A stretch of DNA of 20,000 nucleotides from Rhizodiscina lignyota (Eukaryota), in contig ML978145.1 in assembly GCA_010015805.1 (NCBI GenBank), forward strand, positions 176,396-196,395, given 5' to 3'. This document shows, in pieces, positions 1-11,066 of this stretch. The notes beneath the pieces were generated by a model. That model saw only the letters and a list, made by a program, of their open reading frames with translations. It was not told where the DNA came from and did no database searches. The stretch's first letter is position 1; each line of letters opens with the position of its first letter. The translations under genes were made by a program, and so were the position numbers.

Positions 1-263
1 TTGGAAATAGGGCGTCCGTGTTGGCAACATTCTGATCCGGAAAGGCGTATGGCAGCGGAGTCTCCAGAGTCTGAGATCCCACTCCCTACTAAAGTAAGTA
101 GATATCACTCTTCTGTAAATGCCAATGCGTCGCATACAATAGTCGGAATTGCAATGTGAACATCAGGGCCAGCGACTTTGACAAAAGAGTCATTCCCTTG
201 AAGCAATTGAGAGATAACGACGAGCGGATGGAGACACAAAGTAAGAAAGGTTGATTTCGCCAT
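1..263 (-). CDS. 5' part of a probable secreted amidase-signature-family protein (partial, continues beyond base 1); exons 263-138 and 85-<1
   Basis: ATG at 263, TATAAA on the minus strand at 432-427. Phase-0 52-nt intron 137-86 (GTATGC...CTTAC...TAG) removes the stop of the 105..296 ORF and gives MAKSTFLTLCLHPLVVISQLLQGNDSFVKVAGPDVHIAIPTI/GVGSQTLETPLPYAFPDQNVANTDALFP... Hydrophobic N-terminus. The PLPYxFP...DxLFP(M) segment resembles, from memory, the N-terminal region of secreted fungal amidases. The catalytic domain is outside the window. Confidence 0.5.
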
Positions 264-1121
264 AATCGGAACAGTTGAAGAGCGGTAGCGGCTCAACCAT
301 TAACTTCCAGAGCTCAAGGCGGCTTTGACGAAGTCGAAATACCAACTAAAACGTCGCACCATCCCAAAACTCAAAGTCAGAGCCATTGGTGAGAGGCAGT
401 GATTGCTGAATCCCAATTCAATGGTCTTTATACATGTGAGCTACTTAGCCTGATGTCCTGCAAGATCTGGCATCCCGCCCTGGCATCCTGCATCCTGATA
501 ACGATGCAAGATGACAAAGTAGGTTATGTTTAGTTTCCGATAGGAGGTCGAAAGCATGATGTCGCACACCGCCTCTCGCTCGAAGGGTTTGGTTCTCGTT
601 CAACCTGTCACAAAGGCGCCATAAGGACTTCTCAATGGAGAGATGGTCCAAGAAGTCACCATTGGAAGTAAAGGTAGAGAGGACGATCGCTCAAGGGGTC
701 TTGAGAGCCTGGAGGCTCAGCTGGAAATCTGAAGGAAAAGCAATTTCAGGGTCCATGCACGTTTTCGACATTCCGCGACGAACTGATGCCTCCATGCCTT
801 GTTACAACCGCCAAAAATTGTGCGCGAGAGCATGTATACAATGAGACAATGCAATTGGGCAATCTCTTAACCCTGCTGAACAGCCACAGGTCGATTCCAA
901 TGGCACGCCAGCTCATTCAGCTCCTCCGGGATGCTTCCCGGCTATACCCCACCCCCCCTTGCTTACAACCGCCCTGAAGTTCTCCGTATAGGCGAGAGAA
1001 AAGCTACTGCCCCTACCAAGTTTGCTGTGCAATTACTCTCCAGAGACGAGAAAATTGTACAACATACAGGCATCGAACCAATTGACCGCCTATCCGGCTC
1101 AATTCACCCAGACTCCTCGCC

Positions 1122-1876
1122 ATGCCTCTCATCAGGCGCTTCCTCCAGCTCACCACGGTGGGCGCGGCGACAGGTACAGCTGGCTGGATGTGGTACACAC
1201 GAAACATCCATTTCGTACCATTCGATGCGACTTCGCCGGATTTCACTTCTCCCATATCCAAACGTCTCAACCCGAGCCTGAACAAGCCATCTTGTATCGA
1301 TGACGCGACCCGCAGCGTGCCACTGTCGAAACTCAAGACGACAGACATTGCAGAACTTACACGGGACTACTGCAGGGGAGTGTGGGGTGGGCTAGGCTTT
1401 GAAATACAGAGACGCGAATTGGAGAGACGGCATAGACATAAAGAGGGCAAAGAGTCTCAGTTGTGGGACGTGAAAGACCTAAAGGAGAGCGAGTATCCAG
1501 TCGGAACGCGAATTGCAGACCATTTTGAGGTGGTGGAGCACACTCCGGACAAGGTACGAGACTTCTCTCAATAGTGGGACAAGGATTGAGCATTGAAGGG
1601 TCGCTGGCATTCCTCACACTGCCGAACTAATTTATGTGACAGGTCGTTATTCGGTGTGGTGATTCTCCCGACGTTCCAGAGCATAGAGCGTCAGACGGCA
1701 TATTCAGTCTCGAGGTTGCGATAGAAGGAGATGTCGCGACATTCCACATGAAGAGCATTTTCTTCAACAGCCTTCCAAATGCTTCGTACAACCAACTGCC
1801 GTGGCATATCAAGTGGGCTCACATGGAATATGACAAGCTCCTCCTTGAGACGGCCGTTCGATCTCTCCTGCGATAG
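1122..1876 (+). CDS. Hypothetical fungal protein, 221 aa, with N-terminal basic leader and hydrophobic anchor (possibly mitochondrial); exons 1122-1553, 1643-1876
   Basis: 89-nt intron 1554-1642 (GTACGA...CTAAT...CAG) joins the 150-aa ORF in phase 0 to VVIRCGDSPDVPEHRASDGIFSLEV...HMEYDKLLLETAVRSLLR* (TAG 1874-1876). The N-terminus MPLIRRFLQLTTVGAATGTAGWMWY is basic, lacks acidic residues and is followed by an anchor-like segment. Confidence 0.8.
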
Positions 1877-2442
1877 TTCGGCAACAGAAAACACAAACCA
1901 GTCGCTCTTCCCTTGTCCAATTTGGAATGGGTCTCGCATGATATTCGATGCTCATCCGCATTTGATATCCAGATTATATCCAGATTAGTGTTCATCGCTT
2001 AGGTTAAGGTGATGCTCTCGTCGACAGATTCATTATGGGAGGGTTCAGTTCAGACTACTCCGTATAGTAGATTTATCCGTTTGGTGAGACGCTACTGTTG
2101 TTCCAACATAAGGTCGCGTTCAACGATAAGTGGCCAAAGATGCAGCGCGCCTCGAGCTGAACGGCACAACTCTGGCATGAGAAAACGGACGTTTCGTCTT
2201 CAAATGAGTTTAGAATCGAATAGACTCTGGATACATAGCAGTAACTAATTCAATCAACTGTACAGGGTTCTCGCTTCCCAATGGAGTCATTGCAGTCCAC
2301 GGATCTTTGGCTTGTATCTTGTCGGGACTAAGAGACCGCTAGAGAATTAACAGACTCGGGAGCGTTCTGTGCTGTTGCGTCTGTGGCTGAAGCCAATTTG
2401 CATTTGCAGTCCTTAAAAGAAGCTCAATAGGCGGATTTTGAG

Positions 2443-2721
2443 CACGTGTGGGGTGGGCCTTGGTCCAGCTCAGCAAAGATCTTCACTTTTACGCCCAACT
2501 GGCCATCAGCTTCCCCGCGCCTTAGCCTTTGCAATGCAACCTCAACCCCACGGGGATAGCAGCGCAACACGGATTCAAGCTACCTTTTCAGGGCAAGACA
2601 AGAGGAAATATTCCGCAATGTTCTGGGCGTCAGGTTCTCTGCATTTCCCTCTCACATTACGATTTATTCTCACCATATCTCTCTTCGTTCACTTCGACCA
2701 TGCTGTAGTTGTCTCACGTGA
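2443..2721. promoter_or_regulatory. Candidate regulatory motifs upstream of the MFS permease: three SYGGRG (CreA/Mig1-type) sites and two CACGTG E-boxes
   Basis: GTGGGG 2448-2453, CCCCGC 2513-2518, CCCCAC 2546-2551; CACGTG 2443-2448 and TCACGTGA 2714-2721. These motifs are short and can occur by chance. Confidence 0.3.
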
Positions 2722-2759
2722 ATTTCACAACTCAAGAGATTGGTCCAAGTCTCTGCATC

Positions 2760-4659
2760 ATGGTGGACGAAGAGAATATCGAGATGCGAACGGCAGCAGC
2801 CGGGAAAGATAACATCCGGACGCTGGAGAACGCGCCTCGCGACTCTTTGGAAGACCTCAAACCAGTACTGGCAAAAGGCGGCGATAAAGCTGCAGAGCTT
2901 CTGGCTAGTGAAGGACGAGTCTATGTTTCCGCTGAAGATAACAAACGCGTTCTTCGAAAGATTGACCTTGTCATATTGCCGCTGCTGCTCATTATCTACT
3001 GTCTTCAGTCACTCGACAAGACCGCCCTGTCATACGCTTCAGTCTTCGGTCTGATTCAGGACACGAATCTTCATGGCGAGGAATACTCCTGGCTTGGGTC
3101 GATTGTCTATGTTGCGCAGCTTGTGATGCAACCGCTGGTGTCATTTATGCTTGTCAAGATTCCACTGGGCAAGTTTATCAGCGTGATGGTCTTCCTGTGG
3201 GGGGTCATTCTCTGTGGAATGGTTGGAGCGAAGAGTTTTGGCGCATTAATGGCTACGCGATTCCTCCTTGGTGCTGCTGAAGCAGCTGTTGGTACGTGAA
3301 GAGCGTGTACGTGGTAGGGATAGGCGCTAATGAGCATATAGCCCCTGCCTTCATTGCTGTAGTTCAGATGTGGTATCGAAGAAGCGAGCAAACGAATCGA
3401 AACGCAAGTTGGTACGCAATGCTTGGTGTTGTGAACATGGTTAGATACCACGGAGATTCTATGTCGTCCACAAACAAGCTGACCGCTTACCAGTTAGGAA
3501 GTCTCCTGACTTATGGCTTGGGTCATATTCATTCAAGCACGCTGCACTCATACCAGGTACGTACAGTCCTACCACGCCATGACCGCACAATTGCTTACAA
3601 TTCTCAGATCATATTCTTGTTTTGTGGTCTGCTTACAGTCGTGGTATCGGTATTCTGCGCGTACGTGGCAATACTATTTCCGCCCGGAAGCCGAAGCTAA
3701 TTGAACAAGGATTTTCATGCCAGATTCGCCAATGGAAGCTAAATTCCTGACCCACGAGGAGAAGTTGATCGCCATTGAACGTCTCCGTTTGAACCAGATG
3801 GGTGTCGCATCCCGAGTCTGGAAATGGGATCATGTCCAGGAAGCCTTCCTTGACATCAAAACCTGGCTGTGGTTTTCCATGCTCATGGCGATCTCGTCCG
3901 TATTCTTGAAAACCCGTTGGCTGTCTCAAGGGATAAGGCTGACACAGTTACAGTATTCCGAGCGGCGGAATATCCACATTTGGTCCCCTGATTGTCCAAT
4001 CATTCGGCTTCGACTCGTTTACCACGATTCTGTTCAATATTCCGTTCGGCGCAGTTCAGCTTGTCGCTACCTTGGGAGGTGCCTTCTTAGCTACCAAGAT
4101 CAAGAAGAAGTCCGTCGTTCTACTCTTGCTATGTCTCCCGCCTATTGCAGGCTTAATCATGCTCATGGTGATTGATCACGACAAACGCAACCGCGGAGCT
4201 CTTCTCGCGGGTTACTACATAATCTCCGTCTACCCTGGAATAACGCCGCTCATCTACAGCTGGTCTGCCCAGAATACTGCCGGTGACTCTAAGCGCAAGG
4301 TTACTACCGGCATTCTGTTCGTTGGAGCCAGTGCCGGTAATATTATTGGCCCGCACTTGTTCAATCCGTCGGAGGCACCACGGTATTCGAGAGGGCTGCG
4401 TTCTAACCTCGCCTTGTTCTGCACGATCATCGTGTTAATTTGTCTCGGCATGACATACGTTACCGTGCTCAATAAGAAACACGCAGCGAGACGAGTGGCG
4501 ATGGGAAAGGCAGCTGAGGTCGTCGACATAAGCATGGAGCATGCCAAGAGCCTCGGGGAAAGGGGTGAGGTGCTCAATGCGGAGCACGGGGGTCTGGGAG
4601 AGAAGGCGTTCGACGATGTGACGGATCTCAAGAACGAGGACTTCATTTATCTGTACTGA
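2760..4659 (+). CDS. MFS transporter, anion:cation symporter (allantoate permease/DAL5-like) family, 545 aa; exons 2760-3291, 3342-3439, 3494-3556, 3608-3660, 3710-3895, 3954-4659
   Basis: Family motifs RVLRKIDLVILP, LQSLDKTALSYASVFG, YSWLGSIVY, RFLLGAAEA, WYRRSEQ, MPDSPMEAKFL, WSAQNTAGDSKR, GNIIGP and C-terminal AFDDVTDLKNEDFIY. Five GT-AG introns (50, 54, 51, 49, 58 nt) give one continuous frame of 1638 nt. Confidence 0.95.
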
Positions 4660-5409
4660 TCTGTGAAATCCCATGCACCTGTTCAAATCGAGCTAGTCTC
4701 CCGATGTCCACGAACCGAGGATCGCCGGAAATACCATCAGCGAGTGTACAAGCTTCTCAAAATAGTCCTGTATAGTAAAAATGTTTACGGGAGAGTGCGG
4801 AATAGTGGGCCTCGGTGCCTTACTGCCCTGTCATTCGAGCATTGGCTGCATTAGTCAAATTCTTATACCTGCTTAGGGCTGATGATTAATGGGAACATAC
4901 AATCTGCTGAAACATCGCTAAGCATCGTGGAGAGGGATGTCAAAAGTGAAATTCCCGAACAATGCACCATCGGTGTATTGGTGGCGGTGTAGAACTGTAT
5001 CTCCGCAAAACAACGCTCTTGGCAAGATGTTACAATTCTACAGCCTATCTACGGGTGGAGATGAATTCCCTGGCTGGTAAGGGCGCTACGAGCGGCTCCC
5101 AGAAATACGTCTGTTGAAGCCTCGTCAACTGCCGCAGCAAGCCATGAGAGTAACACTCAAAGCTATGACACCACTTCAGTCCTGGTCCATAGCTTTTGCC
5201 ACGGGACCTTGTGAGCATTCTCCACAGGCTCAGACCACGACTCTAAGCGACCAGCAATTCGGCCGAATCAGCATGTTAGCTTATGGAGAAGCTATGCAAG
5301 ATCTGCCATCTCCTTAATGACGGTAGGCATTACAACGCCTCGTGTGTCTAAAAGAAAGCTGAATTGACCATTTGATCTAATATCATGTGTGCGGGCGTTT
5401 ACACTCCGT

Positions 5410-7820
5410 TCACGCTCCGGTCCATCCAAAATGTTGACCTCCACAGACAAACGAGTCAAGGTCAAAGAATGACGAGTTCTCGTATACTCCGGCAAATTCA
5501 TCCCAAGACTGCGTCCGGAAGTCCATTGGAAATCCCGCCATTTCCGCAGAGGTAGGGGGAAAACTAGTTGCGCTTGTAGAGGGAGCTGCCTGTTCATGGT
5601 GAGACATTATCGGTAGTTCCATGTAGCTGTGGTCATGAGCTTGAGGGGGAGTGTCCGTTCCCTGCGTATCTCGCTGAATGTCATGTTGGAGAGTACCGGA
5701 TTGCGTGGTGCTCGGACTGGAGGTGGATGTGAGACTAGACATGCGCCTCTTTACATGTTTGAACAGGTCCTGCGCAAGATGTTAGTCTCAGGGGGGCTCC
5801 CAAAGAGTGCAGAATCACACACCTCCAAAGCTGCAACGGAACGTCTTGCGAGCGGACTGTCGTGCATAAGTCTTCTTTGCACCTCGTAGCATTTCTGTGC
5901 AGATTCCCAGATCGTCCGTACGCGTGGGCTTGAAGGATGATAGGTAATGTAGACCAACATGACAGTCGCAGCCATGGCGTTGATGTATGTCGTGAACCAA
6001 AAGTTGCCAGCGATATCCTTTGTCTCCACTAGCTTAGACGTCATTTCGCAGACCTTGTTTGCTGCATCTAAACAACGATCTTGATATTTCTGAAGCCATG
6101 GTTTCGGACCAGGCACGCTTTCGCCCTCAGTGTTTCGCTTTGCGACCAATCCAGACAGTGGTAAAGATTGTCGATATATCATCATAGTAACTTGCTGCTC
6201 CGAACACTTGATCACGACCCATTGCCGTTTGCGCATGGCGTCCAAGCCATCCGGTGCATCTTTTCGAAGGTGTTCTGGCAGTTCGGTTCTCCATCTGTCG
6301 ACCATGTCGCCGAGGCGGTCCGCTACGTCACAGTCAAATTCGGCATCCAAATCGAGATAAATGAACTTCAGAGCTCGTCTGAGGACCCATGCAACCTTTG
6401 CTTGAGCGATTGCTGCGAGAATGAGTGGAGGCTGTTCCGCCAATAAGGCGCTATCCTGGCCCGATTGGGGGGATTTCTCGGTTGGTATGATGCTCGCTTC
6501 GAAAGCCTCATCGTACTCAACATTTGGATGCCTGATTTTCACCCCTGTCTCCTCAAATGCCGGTGACTTCCCCACCATTGATGCAACAATACTGTCTATT
6601 GAATATATGGCCCAGAACGTACGTTTGCGCTGCTCGATGTGGAGATGAAGCTGTGAGTTAGGATAGGTCCCAAGTGGTACGTCCTTATCGGATCCAAAAC
6701 GGTATGGATTCTCCCATCGACTCATATCCAGATTGTTCGCCATGTTCTTGACAACAGCTAGGGCATCCCATCCCGCTTTGACGCGGTAGGCTCGAACCAG
6801 AAACAAGGACATCATGAAACGGACCTGGAGCGTTGCGAGACGGTCGACAGAATGGTTCTCCTTTTCGAGAATGAACTCTGTGACCTGATAATACTCTGTG
6901 CCTTTTTGCTGTATCCATGCCCTTTCGCTAGGCGTTAATGGCTTGCCACTGCTCAGCTCAGGATATTGACACCCCATAGCCCAAACCATCAGTACGATGC
7001 ACTCGTCAATCTTTGAAAGTTCTGGAGTCCTCGTGGATCCACTGCCGAGCCATTCGCCACCACTGCATAGTGTATACACCATCCGCTCAATTGTAGGACG
7101 ATGCAAGAAACGACAAGTTGGGTTTCCGATCTCGAAATACCACCGACACATTTCGAAACCCCTTTCTCGATTCGGCAGGGTATAACGCGCAATATCCAAT
7201 GGCGGAAATGGTGGTTCGCAAAAATGGAGCCAGCTCTGAGCTCGGCGCATCTCTCGAGACCCCATGTAGCCTGCTGGGTTTGGCGCATTGCTGGGCGATG
7301 TTGAGGCAGTTCTATCGGTGACTGAGGCTGAAAGGGGATCCTTAGCATCCTGCGTTGGTGGTGGCGGCGATTGCTCTGTGCAAAGCTGCAGCTGAGTCGC
7401 ATAGGAGAAGACGGAGATGCTGCTTCTACCTAAGAAGCCTTCTCCGTGTTCTGCCTCAGAGTCCGGAGACGCTTCCCTTGAGTACCGATGAATGCTTCGC
7501 CTCCCCTCCTCACGCTCCAAGTCGGCTACGAAGATATGTTTCGAAGGATTTGGGATTGGCCCAGCGATGCCAGAGGGCGAATCTGACCTGCGTGCAATTG
7601 GCACGGCCGGCGGCGCAAGTCCACGAGAGTATGGCGTGTTGTAAGTGCAAGCAACTCCTAAAGCCTCGCATCTCGAGCATGGCTGAACTCCATCACATTT
7701 CGTCTTGCGCGCCTTGCAATGGTCGCAAGCTCGAATGATGTTCTTGCGACGCCTCTTCAAAACTGGTCGTCCATCCCTCGCGTTCGTCCAGAAGGTCTCC
7801 TTGCTGACATAATCAGCCAT
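5410..7820 (-). CDS. Zn(II)2Cys6 (GAL4-type) fungal transcription factor with Fungal_trans middle region, 785 aa; exons 7820-5823, 5769-5410
   Basis: CDHCKARKTKCDGVQPCSRCEALGVAC binuclear cluster (C-x2-C-x6-C-x5-C-x2-C-x6-C), preceded by a basic KRRRK stretch. RFLHRPT and EQRKRTFWAIYSIDS motifs present. A 53-nt intron 5822-5770 (GTGTGT...CTAAC...CAG) joins in frame to the 5410..5742 ORF, which ends in an acidic/aromatic activation-like tail. Confidence 0.95.
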
Positions 7821-8091
7821 TGCATTTCCGGTACCTCGGATTGAGCGCCGATAGTAGTAATCTCGTCACGAAATAGAGAGTATGGCGGTACTTTGACGCG
7901 GAATGTAGCAGTATCGTGACAGTAGAGCATCGGAAAGCTTGAGGGACCAAGCTTCTCACAGCAGGAGAGGAACAGATATGCATGACAAAGCGAGAAACTC
8001 CTGACTATAAAGAGACTTTTAGATTGACGTAGGAGAATCCGTACTCAACGTCTAACCACCTGCCCCAAGGACCCAAATCCAAGGTCGCTCG

Positions 8092-8126
8092 CGGCGGCTG
8101 ACTAAGATTCGGTTAGTCATCGGCGG
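8092..8126. promoter_or_regulatory. Symmetric element ~280 bp upstream of the TF gene: CGGCGG-c-TGACTAA-gattcgg-TTAGTCA-t-CGGCGG
   Basis: Perfect 7-bp inverted repeat (8099-8105 / 8113-8119) matching the TGACTAA Yap1/AP-1-type element, flanked at equal spacing by two CGGCGG direct repeats (8092-8097, 8121-8126). Confidence 0.4.
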
Positions 8127-8734
8127 TTTCGCTTTTTGGAGAAGCTTATGTACGATCAGGCCGTGCCAGACGAGTCAGGCTGGTCGAATCGTGCGAGGCG
8201 TCCATGCATGGACGTGAGAAACATTTCTGCATTCTGCCTCCCGAACGACCGCGGCTCTTCACCGTCGGCAATCGGGTCGGTTCACGCTAGGCGCCCGAAT
8301 AAGCCGAGCATGATGTAAGCAGAGGAGCCTTACTGCTCCGGGCGTAGAAGCCGTGCGGAACTAAGAGCAGGAAGTGGAGGCCTGGTCGTGTACGAAGTCC
8401 GAGCAGCAGACCGCGCGGGACGATCGCCATCGCGTAGCATTATTACTCTTCAGCCTCAACTTTAATGCAGGTACATCTCCGAGCAGCTCTCAGCTCCCAG
8501 CTTCGTCGTCCAGCTTGAAGAAGACTCGCGACTCCTCTTGCTCTCAGTAGGGCGCCATTATGCGCCACAGCTTGGCATTGACGACGAGACTCTGCGCGGA
8601 CTAAATTCGGAGTTGCGACGCAGTCACGCCTGTGCCGCAGCGGCATCATCACAAGGCTCAGTTACGTGATAGTCTGAAGATAAAGTATGCTGATTAGATC
8701 CTTCGTCGAAATCATGGCTTGCTTCCGCGCGAGT

Positions 8735-10443
8735 TCATTGAGCCTGCTTCCTCAACCGCACTTCTAGACCTTTCTGGACTACGAAAAATGTGGTGTGGTG
8801 CTTCAGCGGACGTCCCGGATGGACAATCTCAAAATGGTACCTTCGAATGAGCTGTGGTAGCAGCTTGTTCATCTGCAAGAGCGCCAGATTCCGACCAATA
8901 CAGAGATGCCTCCCACCTCCGAACTACGTCTGTTAGGGCCATTCGATTCCAGCGTGGAGGTCAAAGACAACTCACTTGGTACATATTCCTCTCCATAGCT
9001 TTAGCATCTCCTTCTAGCCAGCGTTCCGGCCTGAATACATCTGCATCCTTGCCCCAGGCGTTTTGATCTCTGTGCAGTGCCCATGCGTTGACACTCGCTC
9101 TCATACCTCCATGATACTGTTTGCCATCGATCGTCGCACCCCCTTTCGGAACAAAGCGCTGGTATTCCAGACCCAGGGCTGGCCGAATTCGCATGGCCTC
9201 ATTTAGACATGCCTGGAAGTAAGGAAGGGCTTGGCCTTCCGAGAATGAAACCATCTGGGACAGCTTGCCTTCCTTCTCGGCGGTGAGAATCTCCGATTCC
9301 AGCTTGGAATAAACATTGGGATGATTTAGGACCAGGTAGAAGAACGACTGCATGGTGGAGGCAGTAGAGTCGGAACCCGCACCGCTAAACAGTAGATCAG
9401 TCAACGTGATTACAGCAAAATGATTGAGTACGGAAAGCTTGTAGACCCACATGGCACCAAACGCTACCGCAATGACATTCTTTTCCGTGAATTCGTCTGG
9501 GTTCTTAGCATGCGCCTCCAGCAACTGTCCAAGCAAATCTGCTCGGTCATCTGCATAGGCGCTACCGATCTGTTCAACAGCCGCTTTACGTTTCATGACT
9601 TCGCCAATAGCCATCACCGCGATCTGCAACGGCGGAGACTGGAACCAGGATGGAAGATGGGGTAAGATGGGGTTGCGTCGTAAGAGATAGTCCAAAGGAG
9701 GAACTTGACCGATCAATCCATCGTAGAATTGGATCTCGTCTATGCCGGCAATGCAGCCGCCCACATCGCACTCCTTTTCGAGGAAGCCAAATCGGACGGA
9801 GAAGGCCACCTCGCCCAAAAGCTGGTCCTCTTAGTCTACAAGAGAATTGCATCGGAACTGGGGAACCCACATCAAAGGAGAACCAATGAAGCCAATCTGT
9901 TAAATCGCACGTGCGACCACTGTCCGCGAATTTGTCCAGTTTCCCCGCTAGTTCGTTTTCAACGTTCTCGACATACTTTGTCATCTTCCCCATGCTGTTC
10001 AAACTGTAGGGTACAACTGAATATCGCTTCAATTTGGCGTGCTTATTCTCGTCGATCTCCGTGAAGATGTCCGGGTTGTCGATCATGGGAAAGCATGTAT
10101 AGAAGTCGGTCTTAGTATACCCTTTGCCGACGGCCAGGATATCTGCAGCTGCGTTCGGAGAAGCAAACGCCACCTCGTCTGGCCCCAGACGTACAATTGG
10201 TCCGTACTTTTTATGCATATTGACTTTGTCTGTCTCCGTGTGGCCTCTCAGCACACTCCAGAATTTCCATAAACGACTTCCGGACGCAAGGAAAGGGCCC
10301 GGCAGGTCAGCCAGAGGGGATACATGACGGCGATAGAAGAACCTGCCAATTATCATGCAGACGGTGAGAATCAAGAAGTTCGACCGAACGAATGACAGCG
10401 CACCGTAACTCGGGGAATACGTTTCATGTTCTGGATGATTCAT
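8735..10443 (-). CDS. Cytochrome P450 monooxygenase (pisatin demethylase / benzoate 4-monooxygenase-like annotation class), 513 aa; exons 10443-9871, 9821-9451, 9384-8976, 8923-8735
   Basis: N-terminal TM helix then PGPFLA and KYGPIVRLGP; I-helix GAIGAGSDSTAS; ExxR (EAMR); FRPERW; heme motif FGGGRHLCIG in the last exon, which the ORF track misses. Introns 9870-9822 (49 nt), 9450-9385 (66 nt) and 8975-8924 (52 nt) are all GT-AG. Stop TGA at 8737-8735. Confidence 0.95.
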
Positions 10444-11066
10444 TTTGGTGGTGGAACGGAGGCTTTGGAAGTCAAATGAGACTCCACGATGGTAGCAAAC
10501 CTTCAGCGGGACAGAAAAGCAGTCAGAACTTGCAAGAACGGGACATCTCTGTTACTTATGGGCGAAGTGAGGATATGCCGCCTTCGAGGAGTGGTCGAAC
10601 TGAGCCCCTGAGCGGCGGAACGGCACGTACATTACTCCGATCTCAATTCAGAGAGTAAGACCAGGGGTACCTTTATCTGTACTGAGACAAGATTATGAAT
10701 CTTTCAAAGGCCTCTTCCCTTAAACATTGTTCGAGTGTCTAGATATAAAGAATACGATTTGGAGCTTTTAGTGGAGGTCACCGATATGCGGGGTGCCTAG
10801 AAACATGTTCTGTGATCTATATTTATTTCCCTTTTCGGTTTGGCCTACTTTTAAGGCCACCTCCTTTCTCGGCTTCTGCGTCCCCACAAAATGCCGAGTC
10901 AGGCTCCGGGGAAAGGTCTACCAATTACAACTGTCCGGCAAAAAGAGGTATTCCAGTACCAGATCTTCAAGATGTACTGTGTCGTCTATCACACAAGGCG
11001 TTGTCCGCATATGAGTTCTTTCCTGGTGCTCTTTCAGCGCAGAAATTCCATTGAAAAGTCGAAGCA
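10444..11066. promoter_or_regulatory. Divergent (bidirectional) promoter region between the P450 and the FAD monooxygenase
   Basis: Head-to-head ATGs 623 bp apart. TATAAA 10744-10749; CGG cluster CGGCGGAACGG 10613-10623; CCG-N5-CGG 10781-10791; SYGGRG matches at 10482-10487, 10771-10776, 10788-10793, 10882-10887, 10904-10909 and 10906-10911. Confidence 0.6.

Noticed and set aside
445..795. Nearly open minus-strand frame (MEASVRRG...LKTP*AIVLSTF...) and the plus-strand ORFs 635-977
   Set aside because: Internal stop, no recognisable motif and no convincing splice model; it lies in the divergent promoter space between two real genes.
2438..2812. 124-aa ORF upstream of and overlapping the permease, and the 2709 start of the permease ORF
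   Set aside because: Non-ATG starts (TTG). The sequence looks like promoter and pyrimidine-rich 5' UTR, and the first in-frame ATG is at 2760.
5257..5268. 12-bp palindrome ATTCGGCCGAAT
   Set aside because: It lies between two convergent 3' ends with no promoter context, and a few such palindromes are expected by chance in 20 kb.
6651..6680. Possible extra in-frame intron in the TF (GTACCA...CTAAC-TCACAG, minus strand)
   Set aside because: Only 30 nt, below the intron sizes seen here (49 nt or more), and the frame is open without it.
6130..7738. Multiple 60-137 aa antisense or alternative-frame ORFs inside the TF (likewise inside the P450, FMO, GPI protein and aldolase)
   Set aside because: Shadow ORFs of real coding sequence with no motifs of their own.
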